Shown: positions 1 through 10,427, counted from the first letter of the stretch. The stretch: 64,000 nucleotides of DNA from Lysobacterales bacterium (GCA_038205755.1 JBBRBN010000002.1:14206-78205); one strand, 5' to 3'. Numbers and translations are program-made. Notes: a model not told the origin generated them from the sequence alone.

Positions 1-328
1 CATAGGCGATCGGATAGCCGACCAGCAGGCAGAGCAGGGTCGAGATCGCAGCGATCTTCAGCGAGCTGAGATAGGTGTTGATGTACAGGCTGTCGCGCAG
101 CAGGTACAGGTAGTTGTCGAGATTGAGCACGATCTGCAGCAGGTTGTCGCTGAGCTGCAGCAGGTCGGTGTAGGGCGGAATCGCGATCTGGCTCTTGGCA
201 AAGCTGATCTTCAGCACGATGGCAAATGGCGCCGCGAAGAACAGCAGCATCCAGAGATAGGGCGGCACGATCACCAGCCAGCGACCGCCCGGCAGCAGCC
301 TTTTCAGACGCGGCGCCAGCGCGCTCAT
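1..328 (-). CDS. potH: Putrescine/spermidine ABC transporter permease, N-terminal part (gene continues beyond window start)
   Basis: Minus-strand translation MSALAPRLKRLLPGGRWLVIVPPYLWMLLFFAAPFAIVLKISFAKS... is hydrophobic and permease-like. Its ATG overlaps the potG stop in an ATGA junction at 325-328. This matches the potFGHI/spuDFGH gene order. Confidence 0.7.
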   Translation of the reverse strand, partial: MSALAPRLKRLLPGGRWLVIVPPYLWMLLFFAAPFAIVLKISFAKSQIAIPPYTDLLQLSDNLLQIVLNLDNYLYLLRDSLYINTYLSSLKIAAISTLLCLLVGYPIAY

Positions 329-1479
329 GAGGTCAGTACCACGCCGGAGTTCTCGCTCCAGCTGAGCCAGATGGTGTCGTTCCAGGTGAAATTCTCGGAC
401 GCCCAGCGCAGGCTGTTGAGATAGTTGGCCATCAGCATCAGGCCGCTGGGCAGGCGCACGTGGTAGACCGAATGGCTGCCGAAGTAGGCGATGTCCTGGA
501 TGACCCCTTGCGCCTTGTTGTACTGGCCCTCGGGCTCGTCCTTGGAGATGGCGACCTTCTCCGGGCGCAGGGCGAAGCCGACCGCCTGTCCTTCGAAACC
601 GCTGACGCCGTGGCCGAGATACACGCCATGCGGAATCTGCGGACTCTCGATCACGACGTAGTCCTTCTCGTCCTCCTTGATCGTGCCCTCGATCATGTTG
701 ACCGAGCCGATGAAGCTGGCGGTGAAGCGGCAGTTGGGCTGCTCGTAGATCTCGTCGGGCGGCCCGATCTGGCGAATCCGCCCGGCGTCCATGATGGCGA
801 TGCGATTGGCCATCGTCATCGCCTCCTCCTGGTCGTGGGTGACCATCACGCAGGTGACCCCGAGGCGCTCGATGATGTTGACCAGCTCGAGCTGCATGTG
901 GGAGCGCAGCTTCTTGTCCAGCGCACCCATCGGCTCGTCGAGCAGCAGGATCTTTGGACCCTTGGCCAGCGAGCGCGCCAGCGCCACGCGCTGCTGCTGG
1001 CCGCCGGAGAGCTGGTGCGGTTTGCGCGTGCCGAACGACTCCATCCGCACCAGCGCCAGCATCTCGGTGACGCGCTGGACGATCTCGTTCTTCGGCTTGC
1101 CTTCGCGACGCAGTCCAAACGCCACGTTTTCGAACACGCTCATGTGCGGAAACAGCGCGTAGCTCTGGAACATCATGTTGAGCTGCCGCCGATAGGGCGG
1201 GATGTCAACGATGTCGACGCCCTCAAGCGTGATCTTGCCGGCGGTCGGTTTCTCGAAGCCGGCCAGCATGCGTAGCAGGGTGGACTTGCCGCAGCCCGAG
1301 CCGCCGAGCAAGGCGAAGATTTCGCCGCGCTTGATGGTCAGATCGACGTCGTCAACCGCGACGAAGCCATCGAACTCCTTTCTGATCGATGAAATGGTCA
1401 GGTAGGTGGCGTCGCTGGCGCTAGGCGGTCTGGCTGGCTGTGGGTTGGCTGCGCTGGCGAGCGCTTCAGATGTGGACAT
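325..1479 (-). CDS. potG: Putrescine ABC transporter ATP-binding protein (PotG/SpuF)
   Basis: 384 aa with Walker A GGSGCGKST, ABC signature LSGGQQQRVALAR and Walker B ILLLDEP. The C-terminal TOBE-like domain is typical of PotA/PotG. Confidence 0.9.
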   Translation of the reverse strand: MSTSEALASAANPQPARPPSASDATYLTISSIRKEFDGFVAVDDVDLTIKRGEIFALLGGSGCGKSTLLRMLAGFEKPTAGKITLEGVDIVDIPPYRRQLNMMFQSYALFPHMSVFENVAFGLRREGKPKNEIVQRVTEMLALVRMESFGTRKPHQLSGGQQQRVALARSLAKGPKILLLDEPMGALDKKLRSHMQLELVNIIERLGVTCVMVTHDQEEAMTMANRIAIMDAGRIRQIGPPDEIYEQPNCRFTASFIGSVNMIEGTIKEDEKDYVVIESPQIPHGVYLGHGVSGFEGQAVGFALRPEKVAISKDEPEGQYNKAQGVIQDIAYFGSHSVYHVRLPSGLMLMANYLNSLRWASENFTWNDTIWLSWSENSGVVLTS

Positions 1480-1945
1480 GGGGGGCTCTGCGTTGGCGAT
1501 GGAGTGATCTCGAGTTGGAGACGGTCGATAAAAGGTGCTTCCGAGTGTCGGGTTGCGCCGTCTTTGCTACTGCGGCGAAGGCCGGAATCGAGCGGCTGCT
1601 AGTCTCGCCTGACGAAAAGTGACTCGGCCGCCGCTGACCGAGCGGTGCGAAGGCGGGTGCGAAGCACCGAAGCCGACGAAACGTCGTGGGATCACATTTT
1701 CTGGCGAGAGAAGCCTGACGGCCGTGCACTCCTGCGTTCGCAGGTGTGACCGAAACGCATGGCGGCACGCCGTCCCGGCACGCCCGAGTCCTCGCGAAAT
1801 CGCCTAGAGGACCGGAAACAGTCTTGCAGCCTGCAGGACCCGTTTGCAGGGCCACCGCGGTCGTCGGCCACCGCCCGAGCCGACCCCAATCGGTCGCTAT
1901 CGTCTCACCACAGCACGCCCCGTAATCCACCATCCCCCCCTTGCA

Positions 1946-1984
1946 TGCAGGAAGGGGCCGGGCTCCCCAGCCCGCCCCTCCTGC
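1946..1984 (-). terminator. Stem-loop immediately downstream of potF (13-bp GC-rich stem GCAGGAAGGGGC/GCCCCTCCTGC)
   Basis: Near-perfect inverted repeat seen directly in the sequence, 7 nt after the potF stop. No clear U-tract. Confidence 0.35.
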
Positions 1985-1990
1985 AGGCGA

Positions 1991-3130
1991 CTATTGCCCC
2001 GACTTCAACGTCGTCCAAAGCCGCGTATACATGCGATCCACATCTGGCGGCAGCACTGCCAAGGAGAACAGCTTCGCGCGGGTGGCGTCGTCCGGGTAGA
2101 TGGTCGGATCGCCGGTGATCTCCGGGTTCATCAATGGCTTGGAGGCGGCGTTGCCGTTGGCGTAGGCCACGTAGTTGGAGATGTCAGCGATGATCTCCGG
2201 GCGCATCACGAAATTGATGAACGCGTGGGCGTTATCCGAGCGCTTGCTGCTGGCCGGGATGGCCAGCATGTCAAACCAGATCGCGGCGCCTTGGGTGGGA
2301 ATCGAGTATTCGATCTCGACGCCCTTGCCGGCCTCCTCGGCACGCGTGGCCGCCTGCAGGATATCGCCCGACCAGCCGACCGCAACACAGATGTCGCCGT
2401 TGGCAAGATCGTTGATGTACTGGGACGAATGGAAGGTGCGCACGTGCGGACGCACCGCCTGCAGGGTGGCCAGCGCCTTGTTGATCACCGCCTCGTCAAA
2501 GCTGTTGGGGTCTTCGCCAAGGTAGTTCAGGACCGTTGGCACCATCTCGGAGGCGGCATCCAGGAAGCTGACGCCGCAGCTTGCCAGCTTGCTCATGTTC
2601 TCTGGCGTAAACACCAGCTCCCAGCTGTCAACCGGCGCATCGTCGCCGAGCGCGGCCTTCACCTTCTCGACGTTATAGCCAATGCCGGTTGTGCCCCACA
2701 GGTACGGCACGCTGTAGGCATTGTCTGGATCAAGTCGGGCAATCAAACTCATCAGCTCCGGGTCGAGGTTGCCGTGGTTGCTGAGCTTGCTGCGATCCAG
2801 CCGCGAAAATGCGCCGGCCTGGATTTGGCGGCCAAGAAAGTTCAGCGTCGGGACCACGATGTCGTAACCGGCATCGCCCGACAGCAGCTTGGCCTCAAGC
2901 AGCTCATTGCTGTCGAACACGTCATAGATCACCTTGATGCCGGTTTCGGCGCTGAACTTGGTGATGGTGTCCTCGGCGATGTAGTCCGACCAGTTGTAGA
3001 TGTTGAGAACTTTCTCCTCCGCCTTCGGCGCAGCCGGCGCGCTGGTGGCGGTTTCGGCGGGAGCGGGCGATTGGCCGCAAGCGGTCAGCAGCGTGGCGGC
3101 GAGTGCAAGAGCCAGGGCGTTACGCGTCAT
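1991..3130 (-). CDS. potF: Putrescine-binding periplasmic protein (PotF/SpuD family)
   Basis: 379 aa with signal peptide ending LLTACG. The body (NIYNWSDYI, YDVFDSNE, WGTTGIGYN) matches PotF/PotD-type solute-binding proteins. Confidence 0.9.
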   Translation of the reverse strand: MTRNALALALAATLLTACGQSPAPAETATSAPAAPKAEEKVLNIYNWSDYIAEDTITKFSAETGIKVIYDVFDSNELLEAKLLSGDAGYDIVVPTLNFLGRQIQAGAFSRLDRSKLSNHGNLDPELMSLIARLDPDNAYSVPYLWGTTGIGYNVEKVKAALGDDAPVDSWELVFTPENMSKLASCGVSFLDAASEMVPTVLNYLGEDPNSFDEAVINKALATLQAVRPHVRTFHSSQYINDLANGDICVAVGWSGDILQAATRAEEAGKGVEIEYSIPTQGAAIWFDMLAIPASSKRSDNAHAFINFVMRPEIIADISNYVAYANGNAASKPLMNPEITGDPTIYPDDATRAKLFSLAVLPPDVDRMYTRLWTTLKSGQ

Positions 3131-3209
3131 CGGAGGTCTCCGTCAGTGGTCGTTGCGGCGAGAATGACATTCATTGGGCATGGCTTCCAGCGCCTGCCCG
3201 CACCGGCGC

Positions 3210-4586
3210 TCAGGTGCGGATAGGCATGCCCAGGGCTTCGGCGGTCATGTCGAGGGATTTCCAGGCTTTCTCCGCCAGCTCGTCTATCTGCGCGCGGCTG
3301 ATGATGAGCGGTGGCGACAGCAGCATGGCGTCATAGGTAGCGCGCAAGATCAGTCCGTTAGAAAGCGCCATGTCGCGACACAGCGCGCCGACCCGGCCGC
3401 GATCTGCAAAAAAGTGTCGCGCCGGCTTGGCGGGAACGAGTTCAAGGGCACCGACCATGCCCACGATGCGCGACTCGCCCACCAGCGGGTGATTGCCCAG
3501 CTCGCGCCAGCGCTGAGCCAGATAGGGGCCGGTGTCATCCCGGCAGGTCTCGACAATCTTTTCGTCCTGCAGGATGCGGATGTTCTCCAGCGCCACGGCC
3601 GCGCAGACCGGGTGCCCCGAATAGGTGTAGCCGTGAGCAAGTTCGCCGCCCTTGTTCTTCAGTACGCCGGCAACGCGGTCATTGAACATCACCGCGCCGA
3701 GCGGGATGTAGCCCGAGGTGATGCCCTTGGCCAGTGTCATGATGTCGGGCTGGAAACCATAGGTCTCGGAGGCAAACCAGTTGCCGGTGCGACCAAAGCC
3801 GCAGATCACTTCATCGGCGACCAGCAGCACGTCGTGGCGTCGACAGATTTTCTCGATCTCCTGCCAGTAGTTGCGTGGCGGGATGTAGACGCCAATCGCG
3901 CCCATCACCGGCTCGCCAATGAACGCGGCGACGCGCTGCGCGCCGAGTTCGATGATCTTGTCTTCCAGCCGTTGGGCGCAGAGTCGACCGTAGCTGTCTT
4001 CGTCAAGTTCGCCGCCATCGGCAAACCAGTACGGCGGATCGATGTGGTGGATGTCGGGAATGGGCAGGCCACCCTGCTGGTGCATCCCCTTCATTCCACC
4101 CAAGCTGGCGCCGGCCACGGTGGATCCGTGATAGCCGTTATGGCGGCCAATGAAGATGGACTTCTCCGGCTGGTCCTGGACCTTCCAGAAGTGCCGCACC
4201 ATGCGCAGGATGGTGTCGTTGGCCTCCGAACCGGAGTTCGAATAGAACACGTGGTTGAGATCGCCGGGCACCAGCTCGGCAAGCTTGGCCGAAAGCCGCA
4301 CGGTGGGCTCGGTGGTGCACTGGAAGAAGCTGTTGTAGTAAGCCAGCTGCGTCATTTGCCGCGCCGCCACCTCGCCCAGCTCGCGCCGGCCGTAGCCGAT
4401 GTTGACGCACCACAGACCGGCAAACGCATCGAGCAGCTTGTTGCCTTGCGCGTCCCACACGTAACAGCCTTCGCCGCGGGTCAGGATGCGGGTGCCCTTC
4501 TTGGCCAGCGCCGCGTTATCGTTGAACGGGTGCAGGTGGTGGGCGGCGTCGAGGCGCTGCAGTTCGCGGGTATCAGGAATTGGCAT
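3210..4586 (-). CDS. spuC: Class III (PLP) aminotransferase, putrescine--pyruvate aminotransferase SpuC-like
   Basis: 458 aa. It has the fold-type I aminotransferase III motifs (GLWCVNIGYG, DEVICGFGRTG, TLAKGITSGY with the PLP lysine). Its position in the spuABC-like order supports the call. Confidence 0.85.
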   Translation of the reverse strand: MPIPDTRELQRLDAAHHLHPFNDNAALAKKGTRILTRGEGCYVWDAQGNKLLDAFAGLWCVNIGYGRRELGEVAARQMTQLAYYNSFFQCTTEPTVRLSAKLAELVPGDLNHVFYSNSGSEANDTILRMVRHFWKVQDQPEKSIFIGRHNGYHGSTVAGASLGGMKGMHQQGGLPIPDIHHIDPPYWFADGGELDEDSYGRLCAQRLEDKIIELGAQRVAAFIGEPVMGAIGVYIPPRNYWQEIEKICRRHDVLLVADEVICGFGRTGNWFASETYGFQPDIMTLAKGITSGYIPLGAVMFNDRVAGVLKNKGGELAHGYTYSGHPVCAAVALENIRILQDEKIVETCRDDTGPYLAQRWRELGNHPLVGESRIVGMVGALELVPAKPARHFFADRGRVGALCRDMALSNGLILRATYDAMLLSPPLIISRAQIDELAEKAWKSLDMTAEALGMPIRT

Positions 4587-4751
4587 GGTGGGTCAGGTGC
4601 GGTTTGACAGGAGGGCTTGCGAGATCCCGACACGCGGCGGTCGGGCGACGGCAGCGGAGCAAGCTCCGCTCTACAAGGCACGTGCGCGCCGACTGCTTTC
4701 GTAGAGCCGAGCTTGCTCGGCTGCCAACGCGCGCTTCCGACGCTTGATCAC

Positions 4752-6140
4752 TCAAACATTCAATAGCAGAAACTCCCGCTCCCACGAGCTGATGACGCGG
4801 AAGTAGGTCTCGTATTCCTTCTTCTTGACCGCGATATAGGCGGCAACAAAGCGTTTGCCGACCAGGTCGACCAGCGCGTCACAGCCGTTCAGGCGATCAA
4901 GCGAGTCCTCCAGCGAGCGTGGCAGGTGAAAGCCCTTGATGTGGGCGCTGCCGGTCAGCGGCGCGGTGGGCGTCAGCTTTTCCTTCATGCCCAGGTAGCC
5001 GCAGGCGAGGGTGGCGGCCATCGCCAGATAGGGGTTGGCATCGGACCCGGCAAAGCGGCTTTCGACCCGGGTGTTCTCCGGCGTATCCATCGGCACCCGC
5101 AGCCCGCAGGTACGGTTGTCATAGCCCCATTCGGTGTTCATTGGCGACACCTCGCCGATCACCAGTCGGCGATACGAATTGATGTTGGGAGCGAAGAACG
5201 GCATCGCCATCGGCGTGTACTTCTGCAGGCCGCCGAGGTAGTGCATGAACATCGGGCTGTGCTCGCCCGCCTTCTTGCCGGCAAACAGGTTGTGGCCGCG
5301 CTTGGCGTCAACCAGGCTCTGATGGATATGCATGGCGCTGCCGGGCTCATTGGACATCGGCATTGCGAGGAACGTGGCATAAACGCCATGCCGCATTGCC
5401 GCCTCGCGCATGCTGCGCTTGAACAGAAAGACCTGGTCGGCGCGCGACAGCGGATCGGCGTGCTGGAAGTTGACCTCCAGCTGGGCTGCGCCGGATTCGT
5501 GGATCAGGGTATCGACGTCCAGCTCCATCGCCTCGGCGAAGTCGTACATGTCGTCGAGGATCGGATCGAACTCGTTGACCGCATCGATGGAGTACGACTG
5601 CCGCGCGGTTTCCGGCCGTCCGGAGCGACCCGCCGGCGGCTGCAGCGGGAAGTCGGGGTCGACGTTCCTCTGCACCAGAAAGAACTCGACTTCGGGCGCC
5701 ACGATGGGCGCGATGCCCATTTCCTCGTAAAGCGCCAGCACCCGACGCAGCACGTTGCGCGGTGCCAGCTCGTGCGGGCGACCATCGCGGGTATAGCAGT
5801 CGTGGATGATCTGCGCGGTGGGATCCTTGGCCCAGGGCACCACCCGCACCGTGCTCGCGTCCGGCCGCAGGTACATGTCGGAGTCCGAGGGGCTGACCAG
5901 ATCGTCGTAGTTGTCCGGATACTCGCCAGTCACCGTTGTAACAAAGATGCCCTCCGGCAGGCGGGTGCCGAAGTCGTGCGAGTACTTGGTCTCCGGCACG
6001 ATCTTGCCGCGTGCGTTGCCGGTGATGTCCGGTACCAGGCACTCGACCTCGGTGATCCGGCGCTCCTTCAGCCAGCGCTTTAGCGAGCTTTGCTCGCGCT
6101 CAAGGGGATTGCTGGTCTTGTCGATCTTTGGCTTGCTCAT
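4752..6140 (-). CDS. puuA: Gamma-glutamylpolyamine (gamma-glutamylputrescine) synthetase, glutamine synthetase family (PuuA/SpuB)
   Basis: Glutamine-synthetase catalytic-domain motifs are present. The start is probably MSKPKIDK at 6140; the ORF track extends to 6209. Confidence 0.85.
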   Translation of the reverse strand: MSKPKIDKTSNPLEREQSSLKRWLKERRITEVECLVPDITGNARGKIVPETKYSHDFGTRLPEGIFVTTVTGEYPDNYDDLVSPSDSDMYLRPDASTVRVVPWAKDPTAQIIHDCYTRDGRPHELAPRNVLRRVLALYEEMGIAPIVAPEVEFFLVQRNVDPDFPLQPPAGRSGRPETARQSYSIDAVNEFDPILDDMYDFAEAMELDVDTLIHESGAAQLEVNFQHADPLSRADQVFLFKRSMREAAMRHGVYATFLAMPMSNEPGSAMHIHQSLVDAKRGHNLFAGKKAGEHSPMFMHYLGGLQKYTPMAMPFFAPNINSYRRLVIGEVSPMNTEWGYDNRTCGLRVPMDTPENTRVESRFAGSDANPYLAMAATLACGYLGMKEKLTPTAPLTGSAHIKGFHLPRSLEDSLDRLNGCDALVDLVGKRFVAAYIAVKKKEYETYFRVISSWEREFLLLNV

Positions 6141-6144
6141 CGGG

Positions 6145-6918
6145 TTAGCCGTTGCGTTGGGCGGCGCGTGCTCGGCAGGCCGCGCCGAACCGCTTGAAGA
6201 TGCTGGCATAGAATGGATTGTCGGCCGCGCGCCATTCCGGGTGCCACTGCACGGCGAGCAGAAAACTGTCGTTGCTATTCAGTCGGAACGCCTCGATCAG
6301 GCCGTCCGGGGCGAGCGCTTCTACCAGCATGCCGGGCGCCAGGCTGCGGATGCCCTGGCCGTGCAGCGAGTTCACCACCGTGCTGGTCGCGCCGGCAATC
6401 TCGGCCAGCAGCCCGCCGGCAATCAGCGTCAGCGGGTGCGCCGGACCGTACTGGATAGCCAGCGGATCGCCTTGGCGCTCGCGATGGTCCAAGTGGCCGT
6501 CCAGCTCATGCACCTTCTGGTGCAGCGTGCCGCCCAGGGCCACGTTGACCTCCTGCAGGCCGCGACAGATGGCGAGCACCGGAAGCTTGCGCTCGATAGC
6601 CAGCGGGATCAGGTTGAGCGTGGTCGCGTCGCGACTGGGGTCGTGCAGGTTGCCGGCATAGCTGGTCTCGGTGCCGTAGTGATGTGGCTCGATGTTGCTG
6701 CGCGCACCGGTCAGGAGCAGGCCGTCCAGTCGATCAAGCAAGGAAGGCAGCTGGTCCAACGGAATGATCGATGGGATAACCAGCGCGGTGAGACCGGCCA
6801 CTTCGGTGACTGCGCGTAGGTACTTTTCGCCGACCGCCTGAAACGGGTGCTCACCAAATCGGGTGCTGTCGGAGGGCAGTCCGATCAGCGGCAACGGCAG
6901 GTGTGCGGGCGGGCTCAT
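6145..6918 (-). CDS. puuD: Gamma-glutamyl-gamma-aminobutyrate hydrolase (class I glutamine amidotransferase-like, PuuD/SpuA)
   Basis: 257 aa with the GATase1-like catalytic Cys region LPVLAICRGLQ and the His motif VQWHPE. Confidence 0.85.
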   Translation of the reverse strand: MSPPAHLPLPLIGLPSDSTRFGEHPFQAVGEKYLRAVTEVAGLTALVIPSIIPLDQLPSLLDRLDGLLLTGARSNIEPHHYGTETSYAGNLHDPSRDATTLNLIPLAIERKLPVLAICRGLQEVNVALGGTLHQKVHELDGHLDHRERQGDPLAIQYGPAHPLTLIAGGLLAEIAGATSTVVNSLHGQGIRSLAPGMLVEALAPDGLIEAFRLNSNDSFLLAVQWHPEWRAADNPFYASIFKRFGAACRARAAQRNG

Positions 6919-7165
6919 CGCCCCGGGACACTACGCCAGCCGTTCGATTTTATCAACGCGTTGGGAGCGGCCCGGTTTCGCCTGCCGCGCACGCACGGCG
7001 CAGCGATGGTCCATCCGTAGGGCGAAGTGTTTGGAACCTGGGTGGCGTTCAGTCGTCCGGCATGCGTTGTTTTGTGGCCGCGAGCGGTGATTATTCTTTA
7101 CGAATGCGGTCTGACGCTCTGCTACCATCCCGACGGCCAGAACGCCGTTGCGAAGAGTCCGACCG

Positions 7166-8533
7166 ATGAAACCCGATGCCTTCTGCGAGGCCGATGCTGC
7201 GGTGCTGGCGAGTCTGCCTGGCCTCGAGTCCATCGACCTGATCCTGCCGGACATGAACGGCCTGCTGCGCGGCAAACGGATCGACCGCAGCGCGCTGGAA
7301 AAGGTCTATCGCGACGGCGTCTGCCTGCCAATGTCCCTGATCGCGACCGACATCACCGGCAATACCGTCGAGGAAACGGGTCTGGGCTACGCGATAGGCG
7401 ACGAAGACCGGATATGCCGGCCGGTGCCCGGAACGCTTCGCCCAATTCCCTGGCAGTCACGGCCGATGGCGCAAGCGTTGCTCAGCATGGAGGACGCCAG
7501 CGGCGCCCCGTTTGCCGCCAACCCGCGGCAGGTGCTGGCCGCCACGTTGGCGCGATTTGCGGCGCGCGGACTTACGCCGGTGGTTGCCATCGAGCTCGAG
7601 TTCTATCTGCTGGATGCGCAACTCGACGTCGAAGGACGACCGCAGACCTCGATCAATCCGGCTACCCGGCAGCGCAATCGCACCACGCAGGTCTATCACC
7701 TGCAGGATCTGGACGACTATCAGGCGTTCACCGACGCAGTTGGGGCGGCCTGTCGCGCTCAGCAGATTCCTGCCGACACCGCGGTGGCCGAATACGCGCC
7801 GGGGCAGTTCGAGATCAACCTCAAGCACCGCGACGACGCGCTCGCCGCCTGCGACGATGCCATCCACCTGAAGCGTGTCATCAAGGCCGTGGCCGAGCAG
7901 CAGGGGCTGCTCGCAAGCTTCATGCCGAAGCCCTTTGTCGATCAAGCCGGCAGCGGTCTGCACATTCACGTCAGCCTGCTGGATGCGAGCGGCAGCAACG
8001 TGTTTGCCAGCACCCCGGACGCGCCCGCTGCGGCGCTGCGTCACGCGATTGCCGGCCTGCAGGCCGTTGCCGACGACTGCATGCTGCTGTTCGCGCCGAA
8101 CGCCAACAGCTATCGCCGTTTTGTGCTCAACGCGTTCGTGCCACTCAACGATTGCTGGGGCTTCAACAACCGCACGGTGGCACTGCGGATTCCCTATAGC
8201 GATCCTGCCAACACCCGCATCGAGCACCGCATTGCAGGCGCCGACGCCAACGTCTATCTGACCACCGCTGCGGTGTTGGCCGGCATTCTGGACGGACTGG
8301 AGCACCCCCGTGAGCCTGGTCCGCCGGTGGTCGGAAACGCCTATGAGCAGACCGAGTTGCGCGAACTGTTTTGGCGCGACACGCTGGCACGCTTCCAGGC
8401 CAGCGACTTCATCGCGGCCCGCTTCGGCGAGTCGTTCCGGCACATCTACGGCCAGCAGAAGCTGAAAGAACTGCGCAGCTTCTACCGCGAAGTGACGACG
8501 CTGGAGGTGGACTGGTATCTGCGGCATGTCTAG
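7166..8533 (+). CDS. puuA: Second gamma-glutamylpolyamine synthetase paralog (glutamine synthetase family), divergent from puuD
   Basis: GS catalytic domain (VAIELEFYLLD, SGLHIHVSL, NSYRRF). The start is taken at MKPDAF (7166), not the upstream in-frame Met at 7148. Confidence 0.85.
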   Translation: MKPDAFCEADAAVLASLPGLESIDLILPDMNGLLRGKRIDRSALEKVYRDGVCLPMSLIATDITGNTVEETGLGYAIGDEDRICRPVPGTLRPIPWQSRPMAQALLSMEDASGAPFAANPRQVLAATLARFAARGLTPVVAIELEFYLLDAQLDVEGRPQTSINPATRQRNRTTQVYHLQDLDDYQAFTDAVGAACRAQQIPADTAVAEYAPGQFEINLKHRDDALAACDDAIHLKRVIKAVAEQQGLLASFMPKPFVDQAGSGLHIHVSLLDASGSNVFASTPDAPAAALRHAIAGLQAVADDCMLLFAPNANSYRRFVLNAFVPLNDCWGFNNRTVALRIPYSDPANTRIEHRIAGADANVYLTTAAVLAGILDGLEHPREPGPPVVGNAYEQTELRELFWRDTLARFQASDFIAARFGESFRHIYGQQKLKELRSFYREVTTLEVDWYLRHV

Positions 8534-8615
8534 CCCCGTTTCGTTCCAGTCGCCAGTTCCAGAAGAGCCACACCCCCGCGGTTCTTGAACTGGCAACTGG
8601 AGCTGGAACCGGCAT

Positions 8616-8781
8616 CTAGCCCGCCTATTTCATGAATCTCACACGCCTTCGCTTGTCTCTTGTCCGCACAAGGAACTACCTCAGTCGGTCGTATGGCCCG
8701 CTACGCCGCTCCTTCGGTAGTCCCTTGTGCGAGCAATATCCTGCGCGATCATCGCGCGAATTCATGAAACATGCGGGCTAG
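8616..8781. mobile_element. MITE-like element copy 1 (about 166 bp, terminal inverted repeats CTAGCCCGC-TTTCATGAA ... TTCATGAAACATGCGGGCTAG)
   Basis: One of seven near-identical copies found by direct comparison. It is intergenic, has TIRs and a conserved core CCTCAGTCGGTCGTATGGCCCGCTACGCCGCTCCTTCGG. Confidence 0.8.
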
Positions 8782-8848
8782 CAGCCCGGCCAACCTAAGT
8801 CCGACAGGTTGCTAGAGCGCAACCGCCCGCCACCACACGCACAAAGCA

Positions 8849-10129
8849 ATGACCGACCCCAGCCATCCGCGCTCCTGGTACGCCGCCAGCGTCGAAACAC
8901 CCCCGCTATCGGCGCCACTGGCCGGCACGCAGCGCGCTGATGTCTGCATCCTCGGCGCGGGGATGACCGGACTGTCGACCGCCATTGAGCTGGCCGAGGC
9001 CGGCTACTCGGTCATTGTGCTGGAGGCGCAGCGGGTCGGCTGGGGGGCGTCGGGTCGCAACGGCGGGCAAGCGATCTTCGGGTACGGCTGCGACCAGTCA
9101 AAGCTCGAGGCACTTCTTGGTTACGCAGACGCGCGCCGCGCATTCGACTGGTCACTCGAAGGCATCGAGCTGATCCGAACGCGCTGTGCGAAGTACGCCA
9201 TCGACTGCGACTGGCGTGACGGTCACGCACATGTGCCGATCAAGTCGCGACAGGTCACCGAGCTGCGTCGGCTGCAGGCCGAGTGCGCAGAACGGTATGG
9301 CTATGCGCTGGAGTGGTGGGAGCGTGATCGCCAGCGTGCCGAGATCGCCAGCCGGCGCTACCTCGGTGCACTGTTTGATCCGCGCAGCGGCCATCTGCAC
9401 CCACTCAAGTACACGCTGGGGCTGGCGCAAGCGGCGCGTTCGCTGGGCGTGCGGATCTTCGAACAAAGCAGCGTCGTCGAGTGCGTGCACGGACCCAAGC
9501 CGATGTTGCGCACGGCGTCCGGCTCAGTGCAGTGCGACTACGCGGTGTTGGCCGGCAATGCCCTGGTGCGCGGCATTGCGCCGGCGCTCGACGCGAGAAT
9601 CATGCCGGTCGGCACCTACATCGCGGCCACCGAGCCGCTGGGCGAAGCCGCGGCTACGGCCCTCATTCCGCGCGATATCGCGGTTGCCGACGTCAACTGG
9701 GCGCTGGACTATTTTCGGCGCAGCGCCGACCACCGCCTGCTGTTTGGCGGCCGAGCCAGCTACTCGACCCTTGAACCGCCCAATCTGCCCGGCGTGATGC
9801 GTCGGCGGCTGGGTGGCGTGTTCCCGCAGCTCGCCAACGTGACGCTTGAATACGTCTGGGGCGGCATGATCGACATCAGCCTGAACCGCGCACCGCACTG
9901 GGGGCGGCTCGCTGACAACGTCTACTTTGCGCAAGGCTTCTCCGGCCACGGCGTCAATACCACCGGTCTTGCCGGACGCCTGATCGCCGAGGCGATCCGC
10001 GGCCAGTCCGAGCGCCTCGACGTGTTCCGCCGCATCCAGCACCGCCCGTTTCCCGGTGGGCGCCTGCTGCGCACGCCGCTGCTGGTCGCCGCCATGGCGT
10101 GGTTCAAGCTGAGGGATGCCTTGGGGTGA
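8849..10129 (+). CDS. puuB: FAD-dependent oxidoreductase, gamma-glutamylputrescine oxidase (PuuB/PauB family)
   Basis: 426 aa with an N-terminal Rossmann motif VCILGAGMTGLSTA. It has a DAO-family fold and sits in the polyamine catabolism context. Confidence 0.8.
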   Translation: MTDPSHPRSWYAASVETPPLSAPLAGTQRADVCILGAGMTGLSTAIELAEAGYSVIVLEAQRVGWGASGRNGGQAIFGYGCDQSKLEALLGYADARRAFDWSLEGIELIRTRCAKYAIDCDWRDGHAHVPIKSRQVTELRRLQAECAERYGYALEWWERDRQRAEIASRRYLGALFDPRSGHLHPLKYTLGLAQAARSLGVRIFEQSSVVECVHGPKPMLRTASGSVQCDYAVLAGNALVRGIAPALDARIMPVGTYIAATEPLGEAAATALIPRDIAVADVNWALDYFRRSADHRLLFGGRASYSTLEPPNLPGVMRRRLGGVFPQLANVTLEYVWGGMIDISLNRAPHWGRLADNVYFAQGFSGHGVNTTGLAGRLIAEAIRGQSERLDVFRRIQHRPFPGGRLLRTPLLVAAMAWFKLRDALG

Positions 10130-10137
10130 GCAGGGCT

Positions 10138-10245
10138 TTCGAGTCGCGCAGCGGCGAGCCTGCGAACGCCGGTTGGCCTGCAGGCCAACGGGCTGGGGAG
10201 GCCGATGATCGAGTCGCGCAGCGGCGAGCCTGCGAACGCCGGTTG
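10138..10245. repeat. Two perfect 38-bp direct repeats (TCGAGTCGCGCAGCGGCGAGCCTGCGAACGCCGGTTGG) bracketing an 18-bp perfect palindrome GTTGGCCTGCAGGCCAAC
   Basis: Seen directly, immediately after the puuB stop. The palindrome could act as a terminator hairpin. Confidence 0.7.
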
Positions 10246-10427
10246 GTCTACACGATGCAAGGTCACTCAAGCCGCATAGCGCGGGCTTTTGTCCTCCACC
10301 TTGCCGGCGCTCTTGGCGGCAGTGCGCGGGCGCAGCCAGGCGAAGAAGTCCTGCTCGCTCAGGCTGCCTTCGGCAAGGCCGAGGTAGGGCGGGTACAGCT
10401 CGACATCAGCAGCGCCTCGACCACCTA

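Noticed and set aside
10138-10245. Possible minimal CRISPR-like array (two 38-bp direct repeats)
   Set aside because: There are only two repeat units, and the spacer is a perfect palindrome, not unique spacer DNA. No cas genes are present. A terminator or REP-like structure is more consistent.
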